This document shows, one piece after another, positions 39,500 through 51,522 of a DNA stretch of 64,000 nt. The notes under the pieces are model-generated. The model did not search any database, was not told the origin of the DNA, and worked only from the letters and a program-made list of their open reading frames with translations. The first letter of the stretch is position 1; the number at the start of each line of letters is the position of its first letter. This stretch comes from Basidiobolus meristosporus CBS 931.73 (lineage: Eukaryota; Fungi; Basidiobolomycota): the NCBI GenBank assembly GCA_002104905.1, contig MCFE01000444.1:9784-73783 (forward strand), read 5' to 3'. A program made the position numbers and the translations under genes.

Positions 39500-42400
39500 T
39501 TAAGGTGGTACAACAAAATAGCAGTTGGTAAATTGGTGCAAGAATTTGTTGGAAGACCTGGGTAGTTTGAATATTTTACTACACAAGCATCAAGAAACCT
39601 TACAAGAATAACCATTACACCACTCCCAGAGTTAATAGCCACCTTTAAAGGTGCAATTCCAGTAAGATCCTCAGGAGGAAATATCACTGAGTTTCTACAA
39701 GAGTTTAGCAACATAGCTGCAGCGTTTGAGCTATCACACAAGAATACAACCCAGTTGTGTCCTTTTCACTGTGGAGTTGAGATATCAATATTCTTACAAA
39801 GTTTAGATCTATTCAAGATATCTTTTGGTGCAAACTATAGCTGGGACACTGCTCAACAGGCTATTTCTGCTGAGTACCACAAGAAAGCACAGTTTGTGAC
39901 AATAAATGAGCTAGAAATGCCTTACAACAAGACCTAACCCTTTCAGAAGTACATTTGAAAGTTTGAGTTAAATGCAAGGTATGTTGAAGCAGCTATTGGA
40001 ATTCCATGATTTTATCAAAGAAACCATTTTCTGATAAATATTCCTCAAGAGATGTTTAATGCTATTAGCCCCCAAGTTCAGGCGGCAAGCTTCTACCACA
40101 ATGCTAAACAAATGATGTTAAACTAGCAATCAGGGAGACAATTCATGGCTCCTATTAACAATCAAATGAAGATTTTCACTCCAACTAAACAAATTCTTCA
40201 TCATACAAATAACCTACATAGTGATCAGGTTGAATAATAAATAGTTGCATTAGGAAAACTGACACTCAAGTTGGACACTCAAGGTGTATCATTTCAAGCA
40301 TCAACAAAGCAAGACCAGAAAGTCCCAAAACAACCAGTAACTATCCACAGCAAACCAAATATATTGTGTACTGTGAATCTGCTGAATGTAGCCTGTATGG
40401 TTGCCAAATATTAAGTATTGATATTGACAGTCACAAAATTAAGATTGATTGCTACGGGAAGATGTGAGATACTGCTGGGAGCCCTTTACCTATCTAGAGA
40501 TGGTATCTTAGACTGATGTCCTATGTACCTGCTCAAGAAGAAACAAGCAGAAGCACCACAACATCAAATCTCATACAAATCCAAAAGACTGCAGAAATTT
40601 CAATCAACAAACATTACATACTCACAATATCAGTCCTGTCTGGGCAGGTCCAAGAATATCTAATAGAAAAAGAGGAAGTAGAGGAATTTATTATCCATTA
40701 TTGACAAGAGAAAATATGTTTCTACAGAGAGCAATTCTAAAAAAGGGCGTACCAACAAAAGAACTCAGCAGGTTGTTGAAATACTGGCACAGCCAGAAGT
40801 ATCAAAAGTCCCAAAAGTGCACTTGCAATCTCAATCAAGGTATGACACTGCTGCAATTACACAGAAAGATATCAACAAATGCTGGAAATCTCCATTTCCA
40901 CAACTTACAAATCAAGAAAAGGTCACCACTATCAGCAAATCTCAACCAGCTACTGCCTATAATGGTAAAACCCATGCGCAAAGATATCCACCTGCATTAT
41001 CAAGAACAATCTTCTACAACTTTATCAAGTGAGCAGCTATAATTTGGAGTTGAAAAGACATTTTACTCTATTACAACAGAATACTATACTGCTGCAATAA
41101 TCAATACTGAGGTGGAAAATGTTTTTGATTCTGGATCAGGAATCAACACCATCACTGCTGTGATGTTTGAAAAAATCAAATAGCCATTGACAGAAGCTGA
41201 CTGGAATACAAGAACTGATATAGGTGCTGCAGATAAGATGCTTGGACTTTGTCACTCTTAGCTAATTAAATCTGGAGTAATCATGGTTACTTCTCCCTTT
41301 TTCATTGTTGCCAATGGACCAACTTTTGAGGTATTGTTGGGACAACCATATGAGAGAGAATCTCTTCTACAAGCAGATAACAGACTTGACAGAAGCTTAT
41401 GGCTTACAGTCACATCTGATAATCACAAAAGAAGGGCAACTTTTTGTGCAGCAGAAGAGATTATTCCCAGAAATGCACACTTAATTGCAGTACAAAATTT
41501 TCAAATTCATAGGAGATTTTGTTTTATGATCAACACTTCATTCCATTGACAACCAGCAAGACAAACACCAAATATAGGCCAGTTGCACTGAAAACAAAGC
41601 CAGCATCTACTTGAATCTCACCATCTGCCCACAACAATCCCAAAATGGAGCCTAGGCACAAGTATGAAAAATCAGACTCACAGACAAGAAGCCCCTGGAG
41701 TTAGCTATAGAGACTACTATTACAACTAGGAAGAAAAGTCTCTTTTTGACTATACCACAATGCTAAGACAATGTCTTTGCATTTAATGATGTGCTGTGGT
41801 GGTGTATAGGTCCAAGGGAGAGATATGCCCAACACTTCTCAAGTGTTTTGTTTGTGGGGTGTTCACAGGGTGCAATAACCTCTGGCAAAAGCTTGCTAAG
41901 AATACTTGGGTTCTGTCTCCAATCTAATGTGAAGGGGAATAAAGCCACAAGCTTGTCAAGGGAAGACTATTGAGCTACAATCCCCAACTTAGTTGGCATC
42001 TTAACAAAAGTATGTGCTAGGTTCCGCATCCTTTGAGGTGACAATGTACTAAAGCTACCAAAGTCAAAACAACTGTAAACTCCACCAGCAGGGACTTGAT
42101 AAGAATGCAGCTGTGGTCAATAGTTACAAAGATGGAAAAGTATCTTTGCCTGTACAAGAACAAACTTGGGAAAGAATCAAATATAATAAAAGATACCTAC
42201 TCTGAGTATTCCTCACAAGTAGTGCCTCCAAGGTTGGTTGGCTGTCAGCGCAGTTTCCTGGGAGTGTCCTGTGGTCTGGGGTTGGAAGTTCAGGTAGCAG
42301 CAGGTAGCAGTGATCACACTAATCAACAAGTTGGTATATTGATAAAAGGGATGATGATTTATTGTTGAGGCATAGCCTCCCTTATATACTTTTCTCACTG

Positions 42401-43240
42401 GCTAAGTGATTACTAATCATGGTATTCTGGAAGGTTCTGGATATCAATAGAAATCTTAATGACATCAGAATGACCTAAGAATGCTCCAAGTAGGTGCTGG
42501 CAGGTTCTAAGAGGCACAGTACATCCATCCAATCAGGAATCAGGATTCTGAAACCTGTGTAACATAGGGATACCATGTATGGTATGGAAATGGTAGGGAT
42601 AGTGACATGGGTTCACCATGTGTCACGGGTACTGGCACAGGTACTTGCCTAATATAGAAGCACTTATAGCTAGTAATATTACATAAAGTGAGGGGTAACT
42701 TATGCAATAAGGTAAGCAGGTATGATAGTCTACCAGCTTATGGGATAGCACTGGTCAAGTAAGACAAATGGGATAAAACTAAAATAACTGTAGTAGAGAT
42801 ATAGGGAAGTAGAAAATAAGGGAATGAGCACATCTGTTAGTGGGTGTCACTGTCACCCCACTACAGCGCAAAGAGGATGCTTATCCACAGAGCTGTTTCC
42901 ACCAATTAAGAATCATACCATTGAACATACACTGTGGGCACTAAGATCATATCCTATTCCCTCAAGATTACTGAACAATGTAATGGTAAGGCTAAAATCA
43001 AGATTTAAAAGTGAAGTCATTGAGTATAGCTATGGACCATATTGGAATCCCTGTTTTACACTCTTAAAGAAAAATGGAAGTCTAAGGTTTATTCAAGGCA
43101 AACAGCATTTGAGTAAGGTCACCATTAAAGATGCTAAGCAACTTCCTGTACCACATGAAAAATTGAGTCATTTACTGGATGTCCTCCAATTACATCATTA
43201 GATCTTCATTCAGGATATTACCAATACTTCTGGGTCTAAC
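39500..43240 (+). mobile_element. Decayed Ty3/gypsy element of a second family (gag, protease, RT start), interrupted by a family X piece at 41760-42620
   Basis: SGGNITEFLQEF (gag), VFDSGSGINT..FEVLLGQPY..DRSLWLTV (protease), EHTLWALRSYPIP..SYGPYWNPCFTLLKKNGSLRF (RT). Confidence 0.75.
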
Positions 43241-43249
43241 TAACCTAAC

Positions 43250-46200
43250 TCAGTGAGCATAAGGTGACAAGTGTGGCCAAATGCCATTCTAGAAGTGCCA
43301 AGTGGTCAGATATAGTGCTGATATGAAAAGTCTATCTTCAGTTGTTGCAACAACTCTATATACATGCTTTTTGTGCTAATTATCTCTAATTTTGAGACAC
43401 TGGTCTGAAATATGACCTTTGCTTTTGCATTAATTGGAAAACAGGTTGCTGTGGCCTTTGAAGAGTCTTGAGTATATTTTTTGCTGGTTATCATTGCTTA
43501 TTACAGCATTCACTCCTCTCTTCTTATTGGTACTTGATTTTCTTAATTCTTCATCCAGGAGCTTTCCATGTATGTAATTTATGGTCAACTCTTTAGTTTT
43601 GGACTCTAGGGCTAATACAAGGCCCTAGATCTTCTTTTTCAGGCTATTCAGGATGGTAACTATCATATCCCCATTAGTGGTTGGTATGCCAATAGATTTC
43701 ATCTTAGCAACTGACACGGTATTTTGTTAATAGATTTTTCATTTCTTCTCCTGGTAGTATCTTAATAGTAAAGAGCTTTTGTCTAAATGTATCTTCTTAG
43801 TGCAAAATATGACTGGTAGGTATTTTCTAGAGCCCTTCAGTTATTCATTGCTGTTTTTGTTCTTGAGCATTGAATTAGCAATTTGTCTTTAGTATTATGG
43901 CAAATGCAGTTAAAGACACTTTGTTCTTTCTTCTAGTACTTCAATGCTTCCTGTTGCGCATTCTTAGGAGGGCATCCCTCTCCCAGGACAATTTCCCAAA
44001 GTCCTCTTTCCTGTAGCTAATGCTGCATCTTCACCTTCCACACTTGGTAGTTAGATCCATCCAACTTTTCAGCAGAGGGAAAATTCCAGTAATAGCAGTA
44101 GTAGACTTTGCAGAGAGTGACAGCTTGGAGCTCATAACCTGTTGTGAGAGTCTTGGAGATATTTAAAGTGATTTGGAGGACAAGTAGATTATGTGGTTTT
44201 CACTTAATGAATTATTGAATGTGAAAGTAGTATCTATACTTTTACATGATCTTTGTTGTAAAAGCTTGTATTTCCACCTAAATATTCACCTAACTTAGTC
44301 ACTTAGATCATCACCTTCAAATCCTAGAGAATACTGACCATATTCCTTGTTGGGATTTACTTAGAATATTTTCACCAAAATATCAGGTACCCAGAACATG
44401 AGAATTCTCAAAGTTGTCCATACAGCCCCCAACTTTGTACACATGCTCTTGGGACCTTTCTTAGCCTACTCTATGTGCTTGTTATGCCAAGACCATGTAA
44501 AAGTATAATGACTACTTTTACATTCAATAAATCATTAAGTGAAAACCACATAATCTACTTGTCCACCCCAATCACTTCCAATATCTCCAAGACTCTTACA
44601 ACAGGCTATGAACCCCAAGCTGTCACTCCCTGCAATGTCTACTACTGCTATTACTGGAATTTTTCCCTCTGCTGAAATGTTGGATGGATCTAACTACCAA
44701 GTGTGGAAGGTGAAGATGAAGATGCTGCTACAAGAAAGAGGCCTTTGGGATATTGTCATGGGAGAAGAATGCCCTCCTAAAAATGTGGGAGAGGAAGCCT
44801 TAAAGTACCAGAAGAAAGAACAAAGTGCCTTTAACTGCATTTGCCTTGATGTTGAGGACAAATTGCTAATTCAATGCTCAAGAGCAAAAATGGCAAAGAA
44901 TGCCTGGAAGGCATTAGAAGATCCCTACCAGTCATATTCAGTTGCCAAGAAAATGTATCTGAGACAAAAATACTTTAGCACAAAGATGCTGCCAGGAGAA
45001 GAAATGAAAATCTAATTACCAGAATTACCCTGCTGGTAGATGAGATGGAATCTGTGGGCATACCAACTACTGATGGGGATGTGATAGTTACCATCCTGAA
45101 TAGCCTAACAGACATGTTTCAGGGCCTTGTATTGGCCCTAGAGTCCAGAACTGAAGATTTGACCTTAAATTACCTATATGGAAGGCTCCTGGATGAAGAA
45201 TTAAGAAAATCAAGCGCTAATAAGAAGGAAGAAGAAAATGCTTTAATAAGCAATGATAACCAACAAAGGAAGTACCCAAGACCCCACAAAGGCAACAGCA
45301 ACCTATTTTGCAACTACTGCAAAAGGAAAGGACACACATCAGACCATTACCTCAAACAGAACAATAATCAGCAAAAGAAGCCTGAATATAGAAATGCTGC
45401 TTTTCATGGGTGACAATAGAACACTTGATGCAGTGGGAGAAGGAATTATCCAAGTAAACCTCAGAAGCAGTGAAGGAAGCCATATACTGACCTATAAGAA
45501 GTACTCTATGTACCAGAAATAGGCAAGAACCTACTCTCTGTATGCAAGGCCACAGCAGAAGGACTCAGTTTCAGCTTTGACAATTCAGGATGCAAGATCA
45601 TTGATCAAAATGGTGCCCATATTGCTTTGGGTATCAGAAATCAGAACCTGTACAAGTTGACTTATATTGCATCATATTTGGAAGCCAATATAAGTAACTT
45701 AAATGAAGAAACACCAATGCTTTGGCACAGGAGATTTGGCCACATCAATACTCATTATTTGCACAAAATGATCAAAGATCTGCTAATTTCTGGAGTGAAA
45801 ACTGATCCCCCAGCTAATTTGGAGCACTGTGAAGCCTGCATATATGGGAAACAAGCCTGACAACTATTCAAGAGCTCTGGGTTAATCAAAACTAAGAAAA
45901 AATTAGATCTAATTCACTCAGATCTGTGTGGACCTATGCAAAATTATCCTTAGGCAGGATGAAGTATTTGATCACTTTTATTGATGATTATACAAGATAC
46001 ACATGGGTCTACCTCATGGAGAGAAAGGAAGAAGCTCTGTCTAAGCTCAGAGAGTTTAAAGCCATGGTGGAGAGAGAAACTGGTGAAAAAATCAAGAAAA
46101 ATATGCTTTGAAAATGGTGGAGAATATATCTCAAAACTCTTTATCCACTTCTGCAAAATTCATGGGATAAAGGAAGAGACTACCGTACCATACTCCCCAC

Positions 46201-48536
46201 AGCAAAATGGAGTAGCAGAACATGCTAACAGATCAATAATTAATATGGCAAGATCTATGATCCATGATCAAAAATTACCCTATGATTTTTGGGTGGAATC
46301 AGTTGCCACTGCTGTATACCTAAAAATCAGAGTTATAACAGAATACTTTGTGATTCCACTACATATGAAGCATGGTATGGATACAGATCAAGTGCAGAAC
46401 ATCTAAGAATATTTGGGTGTATAGCATATGCCAAGAAACTGCCCGGAAATCAGTCAAAATTTGAGCCAAAAAGTGTAAAATGCATATTTTTGGGCTACTG
46501 CAATGAGAGTAAGGCATACAGACTCTGCAATACCAGAGCAAAGAAGCCGATCAAGTCCAGGGATGTGTTGTTTGATGAAAGTTCAAAATTTCACCAAAAA
46601 TGACATCAGATGATGACAAAAATTTGATCTCAAGTCCACCAATTGTCAAGATTGAATCAGAGCAAAACAATGAAAATTTCTCACTACAGAGGACTCTACA
46701 ACTGTGGTTCAGCCAGAATCAGTGCCCAGGAGTATACCAGAAGTGATCATTCCAGTATCAAATGCCTGGAGATCCAATTAGACAAGAAATAACCCAAATT
46801 ACAATATCAATGAGGGTACAAACTTAGCCTATGCCTATTCAGTCCATATTGATGAACCCCAGACTGTAAAAGAGGCCCTAAATAGGCCTCAGACAAAGCT
46901 TTGGAGACCTGCAATGACTGAAGAATATCAGGCCCTGATGGAAATCAAACTTGGGACTTGGTCAAATTACTGATCAACCAAAAATCATTTGGATGCAGAT
47001 GGGTCTTCAAGACAAAATACAAGGCTGATGGTACAATTGAAAGATACAAAGCAAGACTTGTGGCCAAAGGATACTCTTGAACAAAAGGACTTGACTGCAC
47101 TGAGACCTTTGCACCAGTAGCCAAGTTTAATTCCATCAGATTAATATTGGCTATTGTTATGAATAGACACAAGGCAGGAGGAAAAGCTAGGCACGGCTGG
47201 AAAGGACTTAGGTGTGGACCATCAAGGCAAGGCAGGATTCAAGGCAAGGCTGTTTATTCAAGACCTGTGTTTATCAGACTGAGGAATACTCAAGGCTGGC
47301 AGTCTGATGTATATCATGCTTGGAACACATCCAGATATCTCATATTCAGTGGAAGTTGTCAGCCAACATAATCAGAACTATGGATCTGATCATATTGCAG
47401 CAGTTAAGCGGATTTTTAAATACCTAAAAGGAACTGCTGATATCTGCTTAAGATACACTTATAAGGCTTCAGATCAGGATCTTGTGGGATACTCCGATGC
47501 TGATTGGGGACAAAATTTAGAAGACAGAAGATCCACCACAGGATACCCTTTCTTTACTGTCAAGGAGCAATATCATGGAATTCAAGAAAGCAACCAATGG
47601 TAGCACTTCCTACCACAGAGGCAGAGAACATGGCAGCCTGTGAAGCTACAAAAGAAGCAATGTGGCTAAGAAAACTTTTTACAGATTTAGGCCTATGTCA
47701 AAAAACACCTATTACTTTATTTCAACATAATCAAGGATGTATACAATTAGGTAGAAATCCAACCTTTCATGCTAGAACCAAGCACATAGATATTAGACAT
47801 CATTTCATACATGAAGCTATAGAGAATAACTTAGTTAGCTTAGTTTACTGTCCTACAGATGAAATGATTGCAGACATATTTACCAAACCATTAGCTAGAG
47901 ACAAGTTTGAATATCTTGGGTCAAAATTAGGACTAGTCAGTATGAACATTTAGCTGAGTGGGAGTGTTGTAAAAACTCGTATTTCCACCTAAATATTCAC
48001 CTAATTTAGTCCCTTAGATCATCACCTTCAAATCCTAGAGAATACTGACCAAATTCCTTGTCGGGATTTACTTAGAATATTTACCCAGAACATGAAAATT
48101 AGATAAGTTGTCCAAATAGCCCCAAACTTTGCACACATGTTCTTGGGACCTTCCTTAACCTATTCTACGTGTTTTTTGTGCCAAGACCATGTAAAAGTAT
48201 AAAGACTACTTTTACATTCAATAAATCATTAAGTGAAAACCACATAATCTACTTGTCCTCCCAATCACTTCCAATATCTCCAAGACTCTTACAACAATCT
48301 TAGCATAAAAAACATGTAGAGTAGGCTTAGGAGGGTCCCAAGACCATGCGTGCAAGGTTTGGGGCTGTTTGAACAACTTTGAGAATTTTCGTGCTCTGGG
48401 TATCTGATATTTTGGTGAAAATAATCCAAGTAAATCCCGACAAGGAATTTGGTCAGTATTCACTAAGATTTGTAGGTAACGATCTAAGTGACTAGGTTAG
48501 GTGAAAATTTAGGTGGAATTCGGAATTTTTACATTA
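43250..48536 (-). mobile_element. Copia family B host: gag relic 43250-44126, PBS 44127-44139, 5' LTR split into 44140-44253 and 48297-48536
   Basis: PBS GGTTATGAGCTCC; the two LTR halves join across the ATCTT duplication into one minus-strand LTR. Confidence 0.85.
44254..48296 (+). mobile_element. Ty1/copia family B element, 4043 bp, TSD ATCTT, defective
   Basis: LTRs 44254-44603 and 47965-48296, PBS relic ggctatgaacccc, PPT GAGTGGGAG; gag CNYCKRKGH, IN YSPQQNGVAEHAN, RT ends and RH; protease DSG and RT core absent. Confidence 0.95.
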
Positions 48537-48649
48537 ATGTTAAGAACTATTATATCCGATTTTACTGATCACGTCACTCACCTTCTATCTCTGGGAGGGT
48601 AATGGATTGGGGCCAGACCTTGGTATTGGAACGGGATTTAGGTTACGCT

Positions 48650-49700
48650 TTATGGGATGAGTGCCAAGCATTTGTTGGATGGTACCTAATTACCCACATA
48701 TCGCAACTCTCCACTTGGCCAATCGATTTGCCGCCATGTGCAACCTTTTGAATACTCCCGAATTATGCAAACGCAGAGGACATATCGTTTCGAAGTCGAC
48801 TGAGCATTTCCTAGCACTTCACACATGTTCCCTGGCCTTCTTCAACACGCAAGCGCCGAAAGTATTGGCACCGCATTTCTACTCGATAGATCCACAAATG
48901 AATGCCGCTCTATTCTTTCCCAAGCATGTCGGAATCCTCTCCAGATCTCAGACATAGTTTGCAAGATATCCAACTGTACACCTACGCCATATACATCGTA
49001 AACAGTCACCAATGGGTTTGGATATATATTTTGGATGACTGTGGAGGGTGGTTCTCGGGTAGAGTGAAAGATGAGGGGTTCAAGGCGAGTTTAACCGGAA
49101 CATCCAGTTCGGGCTATGTAGAACGTTCGCCTACATGTTGAGACAAAGAGTTCATTGAATTATCACCACCATGCTAGTACCTTGCACGAACTCTCCATCC
49201 CAATGAGTAAGCACAATACTTGAATAAAGCCCAAGCGTTTTTCCAATGGCGGTCAACTACTGATGGACTCTTGGTCGGCATTGAAGAAAGATATCTACCA
49301 AGCAAGATAGAGATTGTTTGGCTCCTTCAATCCGGTATACCTTAGTCCAGACGCCTGGCATCGATGTTGACAAGGCCACGATTGAGGAGCATTATGGGTA
49401 TGCTACTCGAGTGGTTGGAATGCTGCTTAATGAGTGTTGATCAGGCTACAGGGTTGGGGAATTAATGGGTCGCCAGTATTATGGGATATCTCCAGCCAAC
49501 CATCGCCCACTGGGACCATATTCCAAAACCCAATCCGAAAATCACAGTTTGTTCGAGGGTCATGGGATGGGTCGAACCATGTATAGTAATGCGAACATTT
49601 CTAGCGAACCCTGCCTCCATGGTGTTGCATCATGACTTCCTAAACCAGTTCACGACACGATCGCGTGAAACCGGCTGCTTATCTTCACAATAAGAAATCC
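48650..49700 (-). mobile_element. Probable decayed L1-like relic
   Basis: Frame-broken PI.Y.GDPL (cf. YLG.PL), LINT-LSSIPT, PPLEKRLGFI..KVLAWW and SEIWRGFRHAW, in the expected order. Confidence 0.35.
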
Positions 49701-50424
49701 GGCCATGGTAAATTTCCCTTCAGACTAAGCCAAATCACCATATCGCATGGTTGTACTGATGATAACCGAAATCCAGCTCCCCTAGCGCCAGAGGGATCCC
49801 GCCTTGGCACGAGTTTCCGATTACCTACATGTTAGCCATATTCTTCCCTGCCCCCACACCCGTCTAAACAACGCGTCGGAGCAGCCAGCCAGCTCCCTGA
49901 CTTCTGTCCGATCGACTTGCCCGATTAACCCCCCAACTGGCAATCAGAGAACATGAGGTCCAAGTCACTGGCTTCTAATTGCTCGTCCACACTTGATGAC
50001 CTGCTCTATAACGGTGCCAACGTTTTTCTCCACACAATGGCACCAGCCAAGTTTCACTGATGATAGCCAATCTGATCCACGCACTATTGGATCCCACAGG
50101 GCGTATCCAGAGTCTCCTGAAGATCAGGTCATGAGAACAACCGCAACTTTGGATTGCAACCGGATTCCCGCTACAGCGTCGGAATCGTCATGGATCCCGC
50201 TTCCCTGCATAACAGAATGAGATTCGTTACTTGGTTTTTCATGTGATTAAGCTAATGGATCAGGATTCCAAGAGCGTCTGCTAATTGGGACTGGGATTCG
50301 TCCGCCTTGCCATATTCGGTAGGCGCAATCGATGACCAGCACAACACGTGAGTCCCGCCCTCAAATGGTCGCATTCGACAACAATGCCCTAATTGATATC
50401 GATCGGCTGCTGGCAGGAGTGTTC

Positions 50425-51371
50425 GATAACAGGCTATTCCTAAATAAGCTTATCAACAGAATTAGGGTTAGGGAGTCGTGATTCTGGCGACCCCGTCCAG
50501 CTGGCCATCGGTCCCGGCGGGTGTGAAACAGATGGAATTCAGGAACCTTAATCGATGGGATCAGTACGGAGACGGATTGCTCAATCATTTCCTCCCTCGT
50601 TAGTGGTACTCTAATGATGATGATGAGAGTTCGAGGAATCGGTTATCACCGGATCTCTATGCACATTGGCTTATCTTCGCGTACGTTGATAAGTACACAT
50701 GATTCAATGAATGCGAAGCTACCTGAGCATGCGAGAGACTCCCTTCACTTTACCAGGAGGCTTGTTGGATAGGGCTCGCACCCCAGACAGGCCGCTTATT
50801 CTTACCTTCTATATGGCACAGGGACTGGTACTGGCCTTGGCCGTCCAACGACGGAACCTCTGCTGTGAAGATGGTGGTTCGGTCAAATGAGCCGGTGTCC
50901 ACGGGGGTATGGAAAGGACCGGACCAACCTTGAAATATCTCGCTGTACGTATGGTTTCGCAATCATGGTGACCTAATCGAACAGCTTGTGGTTGATGGTT
51001 AGTGACCAGGATCCGGATCACGTGCGAGGAGCCTTCAGTCAGCTTCGGAGAGCTGACCACATCGCAGGCTCAGAATCGGAAAAAACAGTCGCTTCCATGT
51101 TCCCGTTATCTGAAAGTCCGTTCCCTATCAGCGTTGAAACTCTACCCTTATTCGGCGAGGGTTTTCACGAACAGTCACACGAATTAAGCGACGGATACTT
51201 CACCTGGGCTGAATCGCGAGTCACATGAGGTCTCATCAGGGTAACGCTCCTCAATGAAGCCTACCAAATCCCGATCTACGCTGTCGCCTTAATCTCCTAA
51301 CTTTCGGAACCCTTCTGGAGATAAGGTTTTGAGGTTCACAAGGACAATTCCCCCTCGTCTCCGTAGATAAT
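50425..51371. promoter_or_regulatory. Cluster of GATAA sites upstream of the MEP gene (putative nitrogen-regulated GATA-factor sites)
   Basis: GATAA/TTATC at 50425, 50450, 50643, 50671, 50688, 51106, 51320 and 51366; four are GATAAG. Confidence 0.55.
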
Positions 51372-51455
51372 CGTACGAATCTCTATTGGCCCACGCAGTT
51401 ATGTTACGGGGACGACCGCATATCCCATGCGGCGTTGTAGCCGTGGATGCCTACT

Positions 51456-51462
51456 TATAAAA
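51456..51462 (+). promoter_or_regulatory. TATA box TATAAAA
   Basis: Consensus match 61 nt upstream of the ATG at 51523. Confidence 0.6.
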
Positions 51463-51522
51463 TCCCCCAAGAGGACAGGGCACAGCAATCAATAACATCA
51501 TCGCATTCATTCACTGCATCAA

